Shown here one piece after another: positions 22,766-33,899 of a stretch of DNA of 33,899 bases. The notes below the pieces were generated by a model that saw only the letters and a list, made by a program, of their open reading frames with translations, ran no database searches and was not told the origin of the DNA. How positions within the stretch are numbered: position 1 is the first letter of the stretch; each line of letters opens with the position of its first letter. Both the position numbers and the translations under genes were made by a program. Origin of the DNA: Octopus bimaculoides (lineage: Eukaryota); contig NC_068987.1 in assembly GCF_001194135.2 (NCBI RefSeq), forward strand, positions 29,242,636 to 29,276,534, read 5' to 3'.

Positions 22766-25425
22766 TAAGTAGTTTCTTTCTTCCGAAATCTATTTTCTGA
22801 GTATATTTTTTTTCTTTCGTCTCCCACATAAATAAGACCTGAATATTTATTAACCTGTGTTGATCATTTTATAATTTTTAAGACAGTTACTCATTACATA
22901 ATTTTCCTTGTCTTTTGTAACTCCCAACATATTTAGTGGATGCTTATATTGCTAGCTGCTTTCCGCCTGATTTATAGTGCTTTCCTCTAAACACATCACC
23001 TCGAAAAATAGTCCCACTACCCCCGTAAATTACATATATTTGCTTTTACACTACTTCTAGCATCCCCAACTCTTCACACGATATTGAATACTTCATACTC
23101 TTAAACACACAACATGTGAACCACCGATCATTTCCATTCTCTTATTGTCTTTCACGTTACAGTGATCTCTCCTATTGCCTTTTTGGTTACGTGATCCCTT
23201 GATACAAACACTCCCAACTCACAGAACAGTCTTCCTTTCCTCGTCAAGTTTTGCGTTATCCATTACCCCTAGTTCTGCCGTTTAATTATGTAAGCTCTTA
23301 CAAATTATCCTTGTGTATATGTTTTCTTTACAGTTGATCCTTAGCAAATAGTTTAAGCAGAAGGTAAAGAGCGTCAACTCCAGTCCCCTTTGGATACATT
23401 GAATGTTTTTCTTTCTTCCAATTTTTAAAAGACTTGACATTTTATATAATCGTTAACCATCTGGAATATAAGTGTAAGTTTTATATGACAGAAACATATT
23501 CTGTTTTCAAAGAACCAAAGCTGGGTCTTTAATTGAACTCTTTTGAATCATATCTTGTGATTTTTATGTTTATCTTAAGCTCCCATGGTAGACTAAATCC
23601 ATCAGTTGTTTTATCACCACTATCTGGAACTGGTTTGACTTTAATGGATTATACTCTATTACAAGAGTTTAAGCAAGGGCGGATAACAACTTCCCTTATC
23701 CTGTTAGTTATGGAAACGCTGAAAAAGGGGAAGCATGATACTCTTCCTTTTCGCAATTAACTATTTAACAAATACCTATCGTGCTTTTTCTTAATTAATT
23801 TTGTGAGTATCTGGACAAGGCTAACAATGTCTAGACGCCAATTCTTAGGGTAAAATTTCCTCTTTTCAATCATTAATTGTTTTGCTATTGATTTTGTTTT
23901 CCTTTCACCCGCTTCATTATCAAATTTCATTGTTTTAGCAGCCATTGCTATAGCTGCAATTAATGATGTTGCAACTAATTTAAAATGCTGTTGCTGTGGT
24001 TATTTCTGTTGATGCGGATGTTGCTTCTGTTGCCGGCGAGGCAATTACTGCGGCAGTTTTGGCTCTCTTAAGTCTTTTGTTTTTGCTTTTCCTTCAAATT
24101 TCTAAATTTGCTGTTGCATTCAGTGGATCTAATATAACTTATTATTGCTACTGCTATACGCTCTGGAAGTGTACACACGGCGTCAATAAGATAAATTCGA
24201 TCTTCCATCAAAAACATTCTGAACATTTTTCTATGTTAGAAATCTTTATTATATTAGTAGAGAATTGTTAGAATCGATTTAATCGACTATACTGTTTCAC
24301 ACGGATTTAAAGGGGTGGATGGCAACATCGGGACTGTCTCCCAAAATGCGTTACAATCATTACATGCATTTAATGTTCTAATTCTGCCAAGTTCCACTTT
24401 GTTATTCATTCTTGTGAATCAATACCGGTCAAGAACTTTGGAGAAATTTCATCGACTGTTTCTGCTACAAAAATATATTATCTTTTACAGAGATATGCAA
24501 GAAGTAAACAAACAACAAAAAAAAAACTCTGTAACAAATATATCTGGAAAGTGAACGAAATACATTTTGAGCAAATATTTATCTACTAATACTTTGTTGA
24601 CATTCCTTTAGTTATCTTTAGATCAGCAACTCATCTATTCGTAGAATTACCGAGTTCCAAAATTGTAGCTTCAGGTATTTGTGACCAAGTTTGCTAAATT
24701 ATTCAGCAAGCCTGATCAATTGACTGGAATTTGAACATTTTACATAATTCTGAATTTGCTGCAATTTTATGTAAGAGCGTCTACTATTAATTTCATATGT
24801 GCTAAACAGTTCATATCAGAAAACTTATTTAGCGAAAATCGTTTTGCTCTACCCATTATTATGTCTACTTTGCATTTTAACCTATTACTCTATCTGCAGG
24901 ATCTCCTGGACAGTGAGTATGAGCTGTCTCCGATTGTGAGGGACGTTTCGGTTTTTGCTTCGTTCCTCAAGTCTCTTTATCGGAGATACAGTTCTAGGTC
25001 AAAATATGATAAAGATTGGGTGCTTGGTATCTGGAATGTTGGCAGGTGCTCACTCATTGGAGAAAGCAGACAGTTAAATTTGCACTTCAGTTATAGAGAG
25101 AACATGTTGCGTTCTCAGGAAAAAAACTGGTCGTCAACGTGTTCAAACTAGTTGGTCAAGAACGAAACCACCTCACGCCCCCACACAGTATCCGAGTATT
25201 ACTAACTAATGGAGCTATGTGGGACAGCTGTTGTTGCATAGTTGAAATAAATATCAGCCGAGTCCAGCATGAAGATCGTCCCGTTATCCACTTTTAACAA
25301 GGTGAGGCAGACAGTTCTTATGTCTGATGGCTATGGTGATACAGTCGTTGTGGTAGACAATGCTGATAGGATTTAAGACAGACATCCATCTGTTAGGTCA
25401 AGCTCTCACCGACGTTTTTGCATTC

Positions 25426-26930
25426 CACTTTAAGTTAAGTTAATTTTCTTAAACTAAACAGTTTGAAACTTCGAATACTAGTTGAATTTTTCGCGTAGAA
25501 CACGATTTACTCTGAACGATTTTGAAAAACATTTGTATTTTAGAAGTTATTTCGTGTAGCGTAATTTCAACCAATCAACGACGTGTGTTCGGTTGAAGAA
25601 AGCTACTGCTATTTGCGATAGTAATCGGAGAGGAACAACTTCCGGGTCATCTTTACTAAATATTACCACTCTGTTTAGTTAAAAAAAATTAACAATCTAT
25701 GATTGAGATGGAATACATTCAAAGAAATATGCTACACCCAGAATATCTAGGACGTTTGAAGAAGTGATACTCCAACTTTGAAATAATCATTCACACATCA
25801 CACATCACATATCATCACCATCACTATTGATAGCACAACATCTACAAAATCAGTCAATCCTGCAACTTCACCACCAACTGCATGAAAATACAGACAAATC
25901 CACGAAAAAGTAAACATGAAATAGCAGAGAATCTCACAAACGTTTCAACTACAAACGAAAAACCCTGATAATAAGTACCAAGCACAAAACAAACAATTGC
26001 CAAAATCGAATCAAAAGAACTACACCATATATACACATTGAAAATGTCGCTAGACGTCTGCAAAACAGAACTGGGAAAATTATTTCGAAGTAGCGGACAA
26101 CATCGGTCAGACACAAAATAAAGACACCTAAATAAACCATTCAAGCGAGTGCAGGTATCATCCTCTACAGGAAGGGTTCAGTATGAACTGGTATGCCTAC
26201 AAGCGTTAAGGCTACGATATCTACATATACTTCTAGAGGGTGAGCACTGATCAAAGCTGGTTGCCAAGCAACTTCAATGCTGACAGGTAATCTCTACCAA
26301 TCGGTCAAAAGATTTGGCTTAACTTCAACTTCCGCGATCTTTACAGTACTGAAGGCAGGAAAAATGAGAAACGTTCTCACTGAAATTCTAAGTGTTGATG
26401 AGAATCAACCAGCTGCTCTGTCTCAGAGAATATTAAGCCCAGTATCCATGAATAATTTCCAGACATTGCTATCCTCGACAGCACGAGCGAGTAATTACCG
26501 ATTCATGACAATCTATACAGGTATGTAAATGGGTCAGTCGGGCATTTTCAAGATGCTTGGAAAGCAACAAAACCGTTCAGCATGCATTCGTTCAGTATCC
26601 TGTCCAAGCATTGCTGAGATGTAGAATTATATGGAACAGCTATTGACAAGTGTCGTACAAATCCGGCCAGCAGTTAAATCCATCATGAAAATAACTAATC
26701 CATTCCCTTTGGCTTTTGGTCGGAAACTGGAGGCAGTGTTTCTCAGTGTACTGGCTATGGCGAAATCGGTTGTGTGGTGGAAGAGAGTGAAAATATTGAA
26801 AACACTTGACTTGTTCGACCATGCCATCATTAAGCATTTCAAATTTCACTTCACAAGGAAAATGAGGATAGGCAGGGATATACAATCCAGTTTGTTGAAA
26901 GGATGTTAAAACGGTGGACAGGCCTACTCT
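25426..26930. mobile_element. Unclassified decayed element
   Basis: Sharp start cactttaagttaagttaattttc..., higher-complexity sequence with broken ORFs on both strands; class not determinable by eye. Confidence 0.25.
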
Positions 26931-27102
26931 GAGCTCTCATTCTAGTCGAACAGAACCATTGAGTTTCTTCGGAGATTCTTTAATTGGCTCCAAGCAGTCA
27001 TTCTAGTAACTGAGGAATGTTTTAGATTGAAAATGTAGTACTATTTGTCTTTTGTGTTACCTCAATTACACAGAACATATACAAACGCCATGCTAGTTTT
27101 TA

Positions 27103-27153
<51 letters not shown>

Positions 27154-27163
27154 CAGTAGTAGT

Positions 27164-27199
<36 letters not shown>

Positions 27200-27210
27200 C
27201 GGAGGCGGAG
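27103..27210. repeat. Graded (TAG)n-(CAG)n-(GGCGGA) compound microsatellite
   Basis: Direct reading. Confidence 0.95.
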
Positions 27211-27420
27211 GTAGAAGAGCTGCCAGAATTATTAACACACCGGAAAAAATGTTTTGCAGCATTTCATCCGTGTTTACATTTTGAGTTCAAATTCCACCTA
27301 AGTCAACTTTCCTTTTCATCATTTCGGGGTCGATAAAACAAGTACCAGTTGTTTACTGGAGTCGATGTAACCGACTATTGGATCCCCCAAGTTTCAGATC
27401 TTGTACCTGTAGTTGAAAAT

Positions 27421-27422
<2 letters not shown>
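27197..27422 (+). mobile_element. tRNA-derived SINE, family A
   Basis: gagctgccagaatt..., B-box gagttcaaattcc, tttcatcatttcggggtcgataaaacaagtaccagtt...gtcgatgtaaccgact. Confidence 0.85.
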
Positions 27423-27620
<198 letters not shown>

Positions 27621-27959
27621 AAATCTGCGATGATTCCCTGATGTAACATTATAGCCAAAATAAAAATGGAAAACACCCATTTGTAAGATAAAACACAAAA
27701 GATAAATAATCCTTTAAAGTGACCATCACCTATAAAAACAAGTGAAAAACAAGAACAAGTAAAATCAATAGCTGCACCAACAATCGATGACAACAACAGT
27801 AAGTAGGAAAGAATAATGATTTCTTTGTTTGAGCAAGTAGGTATAATAAAATAAGTAAGGATGTATAATAGAAGACAATTAATGTTAATCATATTCTTTA
27901 GTCTAGCAACACCAAAAGGAGAAGTGATTAATAATGTTATCGCCCGAAACAACTGATTT

Positions 27960-28182
27960 AATTACATACCTTTACACATACATACATACATACATACATA
28001 CGTACGTACGTACATACATACATACATACATTCATGCATGCATACATACATATATACATACACACATATGTATAGGTGTGTCGGTACACGCACAGATATA
28101 TTTTCCCACATATTTGTACACACGTATATTTGTGCGTGTGCGTGTGTGTATGTATGTACGTCTGTATGTATGTATATATATA

Positions 28183-28238
<56 letters not shown>

Positions 28239-28502
28239 CAGTAACTAAATGTGTTGAGTGCAATTTTCGTTTCTTCGACAACATGCGTATATGTATATAT
28301 AGACACACACAGACATACATATATTTGTATATACGCTTACAACACGTGTGTGTGTGTGTTCGTGCACGTGTGCGTGCGACTAGGTGTGTGTGTGTGTGTC
28401 TATGTGTGCGTGTGCGAGTGTTTGTATGTGCTGTGTGTATGATGTGTGTTTGTGTGTTGTGTGTGTATGATGTGTGTGTGTGTGTGCGTGTGTGCTTGCA
28501 TG
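27960..28502. repeat. (TACA)/(CA)/(TA)/(TG) microsatellite cluster
   Basis: Direct reading. Confidence 0.9.
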
Positions 28503-29038
28503 TGAAAAAGAGTGAGAAGGGAGCGAGACAGAACCTAATGTGTGAATATTATCTGCGGTTAAATACATTTAGATATAATTTGTATAAACATCGATATTTC
28601 CTGCATTATATCACAGGCTGTGGAATCAGATTCTCATCTTAGAACGTAAAACATTTCCTAATATTAATCATCTACATATCACAATGGATTGTCAGAATTT
28701 ATATGGTGTCGTACAAATTGCATTACAGTATTTAGTTCCGCCTCGTTACGTTATTTCGAATCTGACCAAAAATTCCCTTTCTTCTTTCTAAGGATATCTG
28801 CCAGATCAGAATAAAGAGTATTACTTTTAATATTTAACATTCAAGCCATCAGTTCATTTTTGAGGTATGGTGTATTTAGGAGTTAGAGAGTATTCCGCCA
28901 GTGTAGCACTGTATTAAGGAGTCCTAAAAAGTTCTTAGCTTTAAGGGTATCACAAAAGGCCTAACTGAACGCCCAACTTTCCCATTTCTCTTACAGGGCT
29001 TAGGGAAATTGAAAGACTGCTGCAAAACGTGTGATTCT

Positions 29039-29454
29039 TATTTCTTTATTGCTCACAAGGGGCTAAACATAGAGGGGACAAACAAGGACAGACAAAGGGA
29101 TTAAGTCGATTACATCGACCCCAGTGCGTAACTGGTACTTATTTAATCGACCTCGAAAGGATGAAAGGCTAAGTCGACCTCGGCGTAATTTGAACTCAGA
29201 ACGTAGCTGCAGACGAAATACCTATTTCTTTACTGCCCACAAGGGGCTACACACAGAGGGGACAAACAAGAACAGACAAACGGATTAAGTCGATTATATC
29301 GACCCCAGTGCGTAACTGGTACTTAATTTATCGACCCAGAAAGGATGAAAGGCTAAGTCGACCTCGGCGGAATTTGAACTCAGAACGTAGCTGCAGAAGA
29401 AATACCGCTTAGCATTTCGCCCGGCGTGTTCTGCCAACTCGCCACCTTATTTCT
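29039..29454 (-). mobile_element. Dimeric family A SINE with a 10-bp target-site duplication
   Basis: Two near-identical units (~29039-29222 and ~29223-29450), each with gaatttgaactcagaacg (B-box) and atcgaccccagtgcgtaactggtactta; gtgtgattct at 29029-29038 and 29455-29464. Confidence 0.92.
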
Positions 29455-30429
29455 GTGTGATTCTGAGAGGGGTATATGTTGAATAATACCATAATTAATT
29501 GACCCTCCTGTAGCTTCTTTTACCCACAGCGAGGAACTTTTCCGCACACCCTCGTACTATACTTACGTATAATTAGTCAACCTGCCAGCAATAACAACAA
29601 ACTCTCACCTTGCTATAGGTAATTGGTGTAGGTAGCTATGATGTACAAGCAATAGTGGCAACTCAGGGCGTTAGACTACACTATTAGCTTCAGTTTCATC
29701 AGTAGTACTACCATGCAAGTGTTTTCTTTGAGCCTTTGAGTAAGGTACTTTATTACAAACCATTCATTTCTATCTAAAATTCAAGAATATATAACATAAC
29801 TTCTGAGAAATTTACCTACATGGTGATAATTGAGCCACCATGTAAAGGCTTCAACGTAGTTGCTTGATATGCTATCGATAATAGCGACAATCCAGCACTC
29901 TTGTATTTAAAAAAAAAATAATACGCATTTATCCTTTATAAAATTACGTGAAGGTCTACGGGTGTAGCCCCTTTTGCCCTACATCAGTTCACTCAAGCTG
30001 GAGATATTGCTAAACAACCAAACAAAAACAGCGGCAACAACCGCAATCATTTGGTGTTTTTGAAAGTAATTACGTGTTTCTGAAGTGTTTTGACAATTGA
30101 CTGTACCTTGCCGGTCAGAAAATTACTGTAATTCTTATTTATTTTGTCAACGTACAAGTTGAAGCATTCAAATTTAATCTGGTTTGAGATTTTCAAGTTT
30201 TGAGATTGAACAGATGACTAATAATAGTGGTATGTAATAGAACATAATTACCAGAACAGAACATCATTACACAGATTAACAGATAATGCTATAAATATTT
30301 TAGAAGTAGATAAGAACACAGAAAATATCATGAAATAAGATAACTAAAGAAGAAATAACACTTTCTTAAAAATAATCCGACTATTAGAAGTAAACATCTG
30401 CTGTAAATATATTAGTCATGATATGTAAG

Positions 30430-31917
30430 TTAGAGTGTGTGGTGGCATTGAACCGTGAAGGATACTATGGGATAATGTGGGTTACTGAGGAATAGAGGGA
30501 ATTATTGTGGGATTCTGAGGGATATCGTCTTATAGTTATACATAGTATAGAATAATAAGGAATAGTTTCGACTGCGTAGAATACGTCGAATAGTAAGTGA
30601 GAATAGTGAGGGGTAGTGAGATACAAAGTATGATAGAATAGGATAGTGTGGTTTAATTAGCAATAGCGTTGGATAGTGAGCGATAGTGAGCGATAATGAA
30701 CGATGAGTGACAAATTGTATAGTGTGTGGTAGTGTGGGAAAGTGTGGGATACCGAGTCATGTTGACAAATAGTGTGTGGTAGCGTTAGATAGTAAGGGAT
30801 AGTGATGGATGTTTAAAACGGGTAGTCTAGATAAAATATAGAAAACAGTTGCATATAGGAAACAGTGATAGTGATAGACAGTAAGGAAGACAATGTGGAG
30901 TCGAGTGATAGTAAAGGATAGTATGGAATAGTGAAGGATAATAAGGGACGCTCTGAGATTGTATGTGATACTGAGTAATAATGAGTGATGGTGTGTGATA
31001 GTGATATACAATGTGGGTCTGTGTGGGATAAAGTATAACAGAGTGATTCAAAGAGAAATAATGTGGGAAAGAGTTAGATTATGGACAGATTAAGATAGTG
31101 TGAGTGAGTGATGGACAGGGATACTGTGTGACAGTGAGGAATAGTGTGTGGCTGTGAGAGATAGTAAAAAGCAATGTGGGAAACGATAATGAAGGTTAAC
31201 GAGGATAAGTATGGGACAGCGGGTTTTAGTGAGGGATATTGTAGGAGAACGAGCAACGGTCACGGTCGGTAAAGTTTAGAGTTCGATAGTGTGGATTAGT
31301 GATACATAATATGGCATACTATGGGATAGTTTTGGGTAGTATAGAACAGGGCAGGGTAGGAATAATGTGGAATAGGGTGAGCGAGTAAGGAATTTTGAGA
31401 GTTAGGTTTGATAGTGTGGGATATTGAGAGAAAAGGAGAGATTAGGCTAGTGAAGAATAATGCGAAACAGAGCAGGATAATGAGAGATAGTGGGGTGATA
31501 GTGAGCTTGTGAGGGATGATAGTTGGCAAAAAGGTGAACTAATGCGACATATACTGCGATAGTAAGAGATAGTATGATTGTATAGGATAGTGAGAATTAG
31601 GGAGAAGTAGGGACGGATATTATTGGCTAGCGCCTGATAGTGAGAGATTGTGGGATAGTGAGAAAAAGTGTCGGACAGTGTACGGTAGTAAATGATAGAG
31701 AGGGTTTGGTATGGACAGTGGCCGTTAGTGATAGATGCTGAGGGATAGTCAGAGCTAGTGAGAGGTATTGAAGGAGAGAGATAGTGTATGTGTGTTTATG
31801 TGTATGTGTTTGTGCGGGGTGCATAGTGAGGGATAGTATCGGTTCATGTGAGATAGTAAGGGATAGTGATTCATGTTTAAAACGGGTAGTCTAGATAAAA
31901 TATAGAAAACAGTTGCA
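30430..31917. repeat. Degenerate GATAGT(G/A)-based satellite / low-complexity array, purine-rich on +
   Basis: Dozens of gatagtg, ggatagt and atagtgtg variants; few C on the + strand. Confidence 0.85.
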
Positions 31918-32069
31918 ATGTTCATCTTATTTATGTATGCTTCACATAACAGTGAAGTACAAAAGCTCTTTCAAGGGCCATATAGAATGTTTCCTTTTCT
32001 TTCTGTATATTTACACACTCAACACCAGAGAATATTTTTTGTACGTTTTCTTAGAGCTTCCATTGTTAG

Positions 32070-32125
32070 GAATTTAATCTAAAAGTAGACGATGCACCAA
32101 GTTCGAAAGCGATCGCACTACGCAG
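32070..32125 (+). CDS. Candidate exon (56 nt; EFNLKVDDAPSSKAIALR, or first exon MHQVRKRSHYA)
   Basis: cttccattgttag| ... CGCAG|gtaatg; CpG-rich relative to its flanks; no homology recognised. Confidence 0.2.
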
Positions 32126-33863
32126 GTAATGTTGTTGTTGAAAAGAGAGCAAGTTGATGAATAAAGAAAAAGAAAACATGTGCAAGAAATGAATTCACGA
32201 GAACTCGTGTTCTAAGAGTGACAATGAATACGGAGTTTGGTGGAGGTAGAAATATATGACTAGCCAAAGGAAGAGAAAATAATTCGTCTGGATTTACTGA
32301 GTGGAGGCAGTCATAGTAAAGTCAGCTTCGAAGATAAGAAGCCGTTGTAGTCGCAGAAAAGACAGAGACTGGAATAATTTGATGTGCATCTTCATGCCAA
32401 TTAGTCAGGCTAACTTTCCTGTACGCGGTGGTTGAATTTCACTTGCTTTTAATTTCGGTGTTTTCTCTCTTATCTTTTTGAATTAATCATTCAACTATTT
32501 TATTTAGTTGTTTTTCCTTTTTGCTTTATTTTTCTTGTTTTCTTTTTACCAGTATATATTTTTTTCTCCAAACTACAAGTGAAAATTTAATTGACTCATT
32601 TTTTTTTTTTAGTCACTACATTAATGTATACGTTAGCAGGAATTTAACAAATTTAACTACTTGATGTATTCAGTTGTAGAGAGTTGAGTGTATTGACTAC
32701 GGACGCTATGTAAGATAAAATACAACATATAAAACGACGATCACTCGGCTCATTGTTCGATGGATAATCGATTCAGTTAACCATTTGTGAATATTTTTGT
32801 ATATATTAATTCAAAAAAATATGTTTTTCATATCTTTCTTGAAGCCAATCAATAGCTACAAAAATGTAACATTGTAAAAATTGTTTCTTTTAAATTTGTC
32901 AAATCACATCGTTTTTTAAAACATGTATTTGTATTTCAAAATTGACTTTCATTCAAATTTCACGAACATAAAATGCTATGTTTTGTGGGGTTTTTTTATC
33001 TATCTGTATTTTTGATTTTTTTGTTTTAGTTGTTGTTTTGGTTTGGGGTTTTTCCTTAGCAACATCCTTGAGGAAAGAGAGCAGAGGTCAGAAAAAATGA
33101 ACAACTTAATTTCTCGCACCAAGTTAATCAAAACAAATATTTAAATTTTAACCTACACGTTGCCTAAATGTAACGGTTTTATAATATATGTGTTCCTTGT
33201 GAATTAAATGTTTAAGATGTTCCTGCTAAAGTGTGGCTTGTACTTTTTAAGCGATTTTGCACAAAATCAGAACATATGCAATATACAAAAACATATAAAT
33301 CCTTCCCAACGACAAAATGAAATTGTAACTTTATGTTGTTTCTTTCTTGTAAATATTTCGAAGAATACAATGAGTTTGGGGTGATAGACTTACAGCCGTT
33401 TGTCTGTATACTGCCACCTGCTGTACAAATTCTGTGTCCCACGCAAACCTAAATGCCTCTTTAGTTGTAATCATGCATTAGTAAACTATAAAGTCAGGAA
33501 ATGTCAGTTCTTACAAGATTACCTTATGCTATCTTCTCGTATAGTGCATAAAAACAAAATCTTGAACGTCGGTCAGGACAATATTGAGGCATTCAGTGTT
33601 TCTTCATTTTTTTCTTCAATTATCATCCATGAATATATAAATACACAGAAAAAAACCTGCATAAAATATATGTTTGTAAGTGTATCAAAATGTATGTATA
33701 TGTGTGTGTCTCTATGTGTGTGTATACTTGTGTCTAAATCCAATGGACCAGTCACTGGATAAGTTTGGCACAGAAATGTTAACATAGAGTGGTGAATAAA
33801 TCGATATATCGAATTTGAAGTCTCTGTCTCTTTTGAATATGAAAATTTAAAAGTTTAAAAACC

Positions 33864-33867
<4 letters not shown>

Positions 33868-33899
<32 letters not shown>
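33868..33899. repeat. (TA)n microsatellite at the window end
   Basis: Direct reading. Confidence 0.95.

Larger units (their letters stand above)
21330..25150 (-). mobile_element. Highly decayed CR1-like LINE with ORF1, APE endonuclease and N-terminal RT remnants
   Basis: Minus strand, in order: HFGRQSRCCHPPL (~24310-24350, ORF1 RLG...RPL-like); MKFDNEAGERKTKSIA...EEILP/KNWRLD...RKGRVSC...SIKVKPVPDSGDK...EFN*RP (~23950-23530, APE-like); VIPI (~21660); ATIENICLY...DILDNKKAI*IFDLAP (21341-21430, RT LD...AFD.VP-like); interrupted by SINEs. Confidence 0.5.

Overview
AT-rich, microsatellite-dense eukaryotic scaffold with 8 N-gaps (298-888, 1451-1680, 3858-3927, 4328-4702, 5534-5543, 11122-11131, 16472-17076, 18534-18543). 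The SINE sequences and the (TA)/(CA)/(ATT)/(TATG) landscape resemble an Octopus (coleoid cephalopod) genome; this is recognition from memory, not a database search. I found no intact protein-coding gene. Nearly all ORFs in the track come from microsatellites, N-gaps or antisense LINE sequence. The window holds three tRNA-type SINE families (at least 10 copies, one nested, one dimer with a TSD) and heavily decayed CR1/L2-like LINEs. The most distinctive part is 12.4-18.8 kb: four same-strand R4/Dong-like (restriction-like endonuclease) retrotransposon pieces and two copies of a non-coding ~560 bp element, nearly all bordered by (ATT)n/(ATC)n tracts. A 1.5 kb degenerate GATAGTG satellite lies near 30.4-31.9 kb. 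A few short candidate + strand exons are reported at low confidence. Element boundaries are approximate unless a TSD is given.
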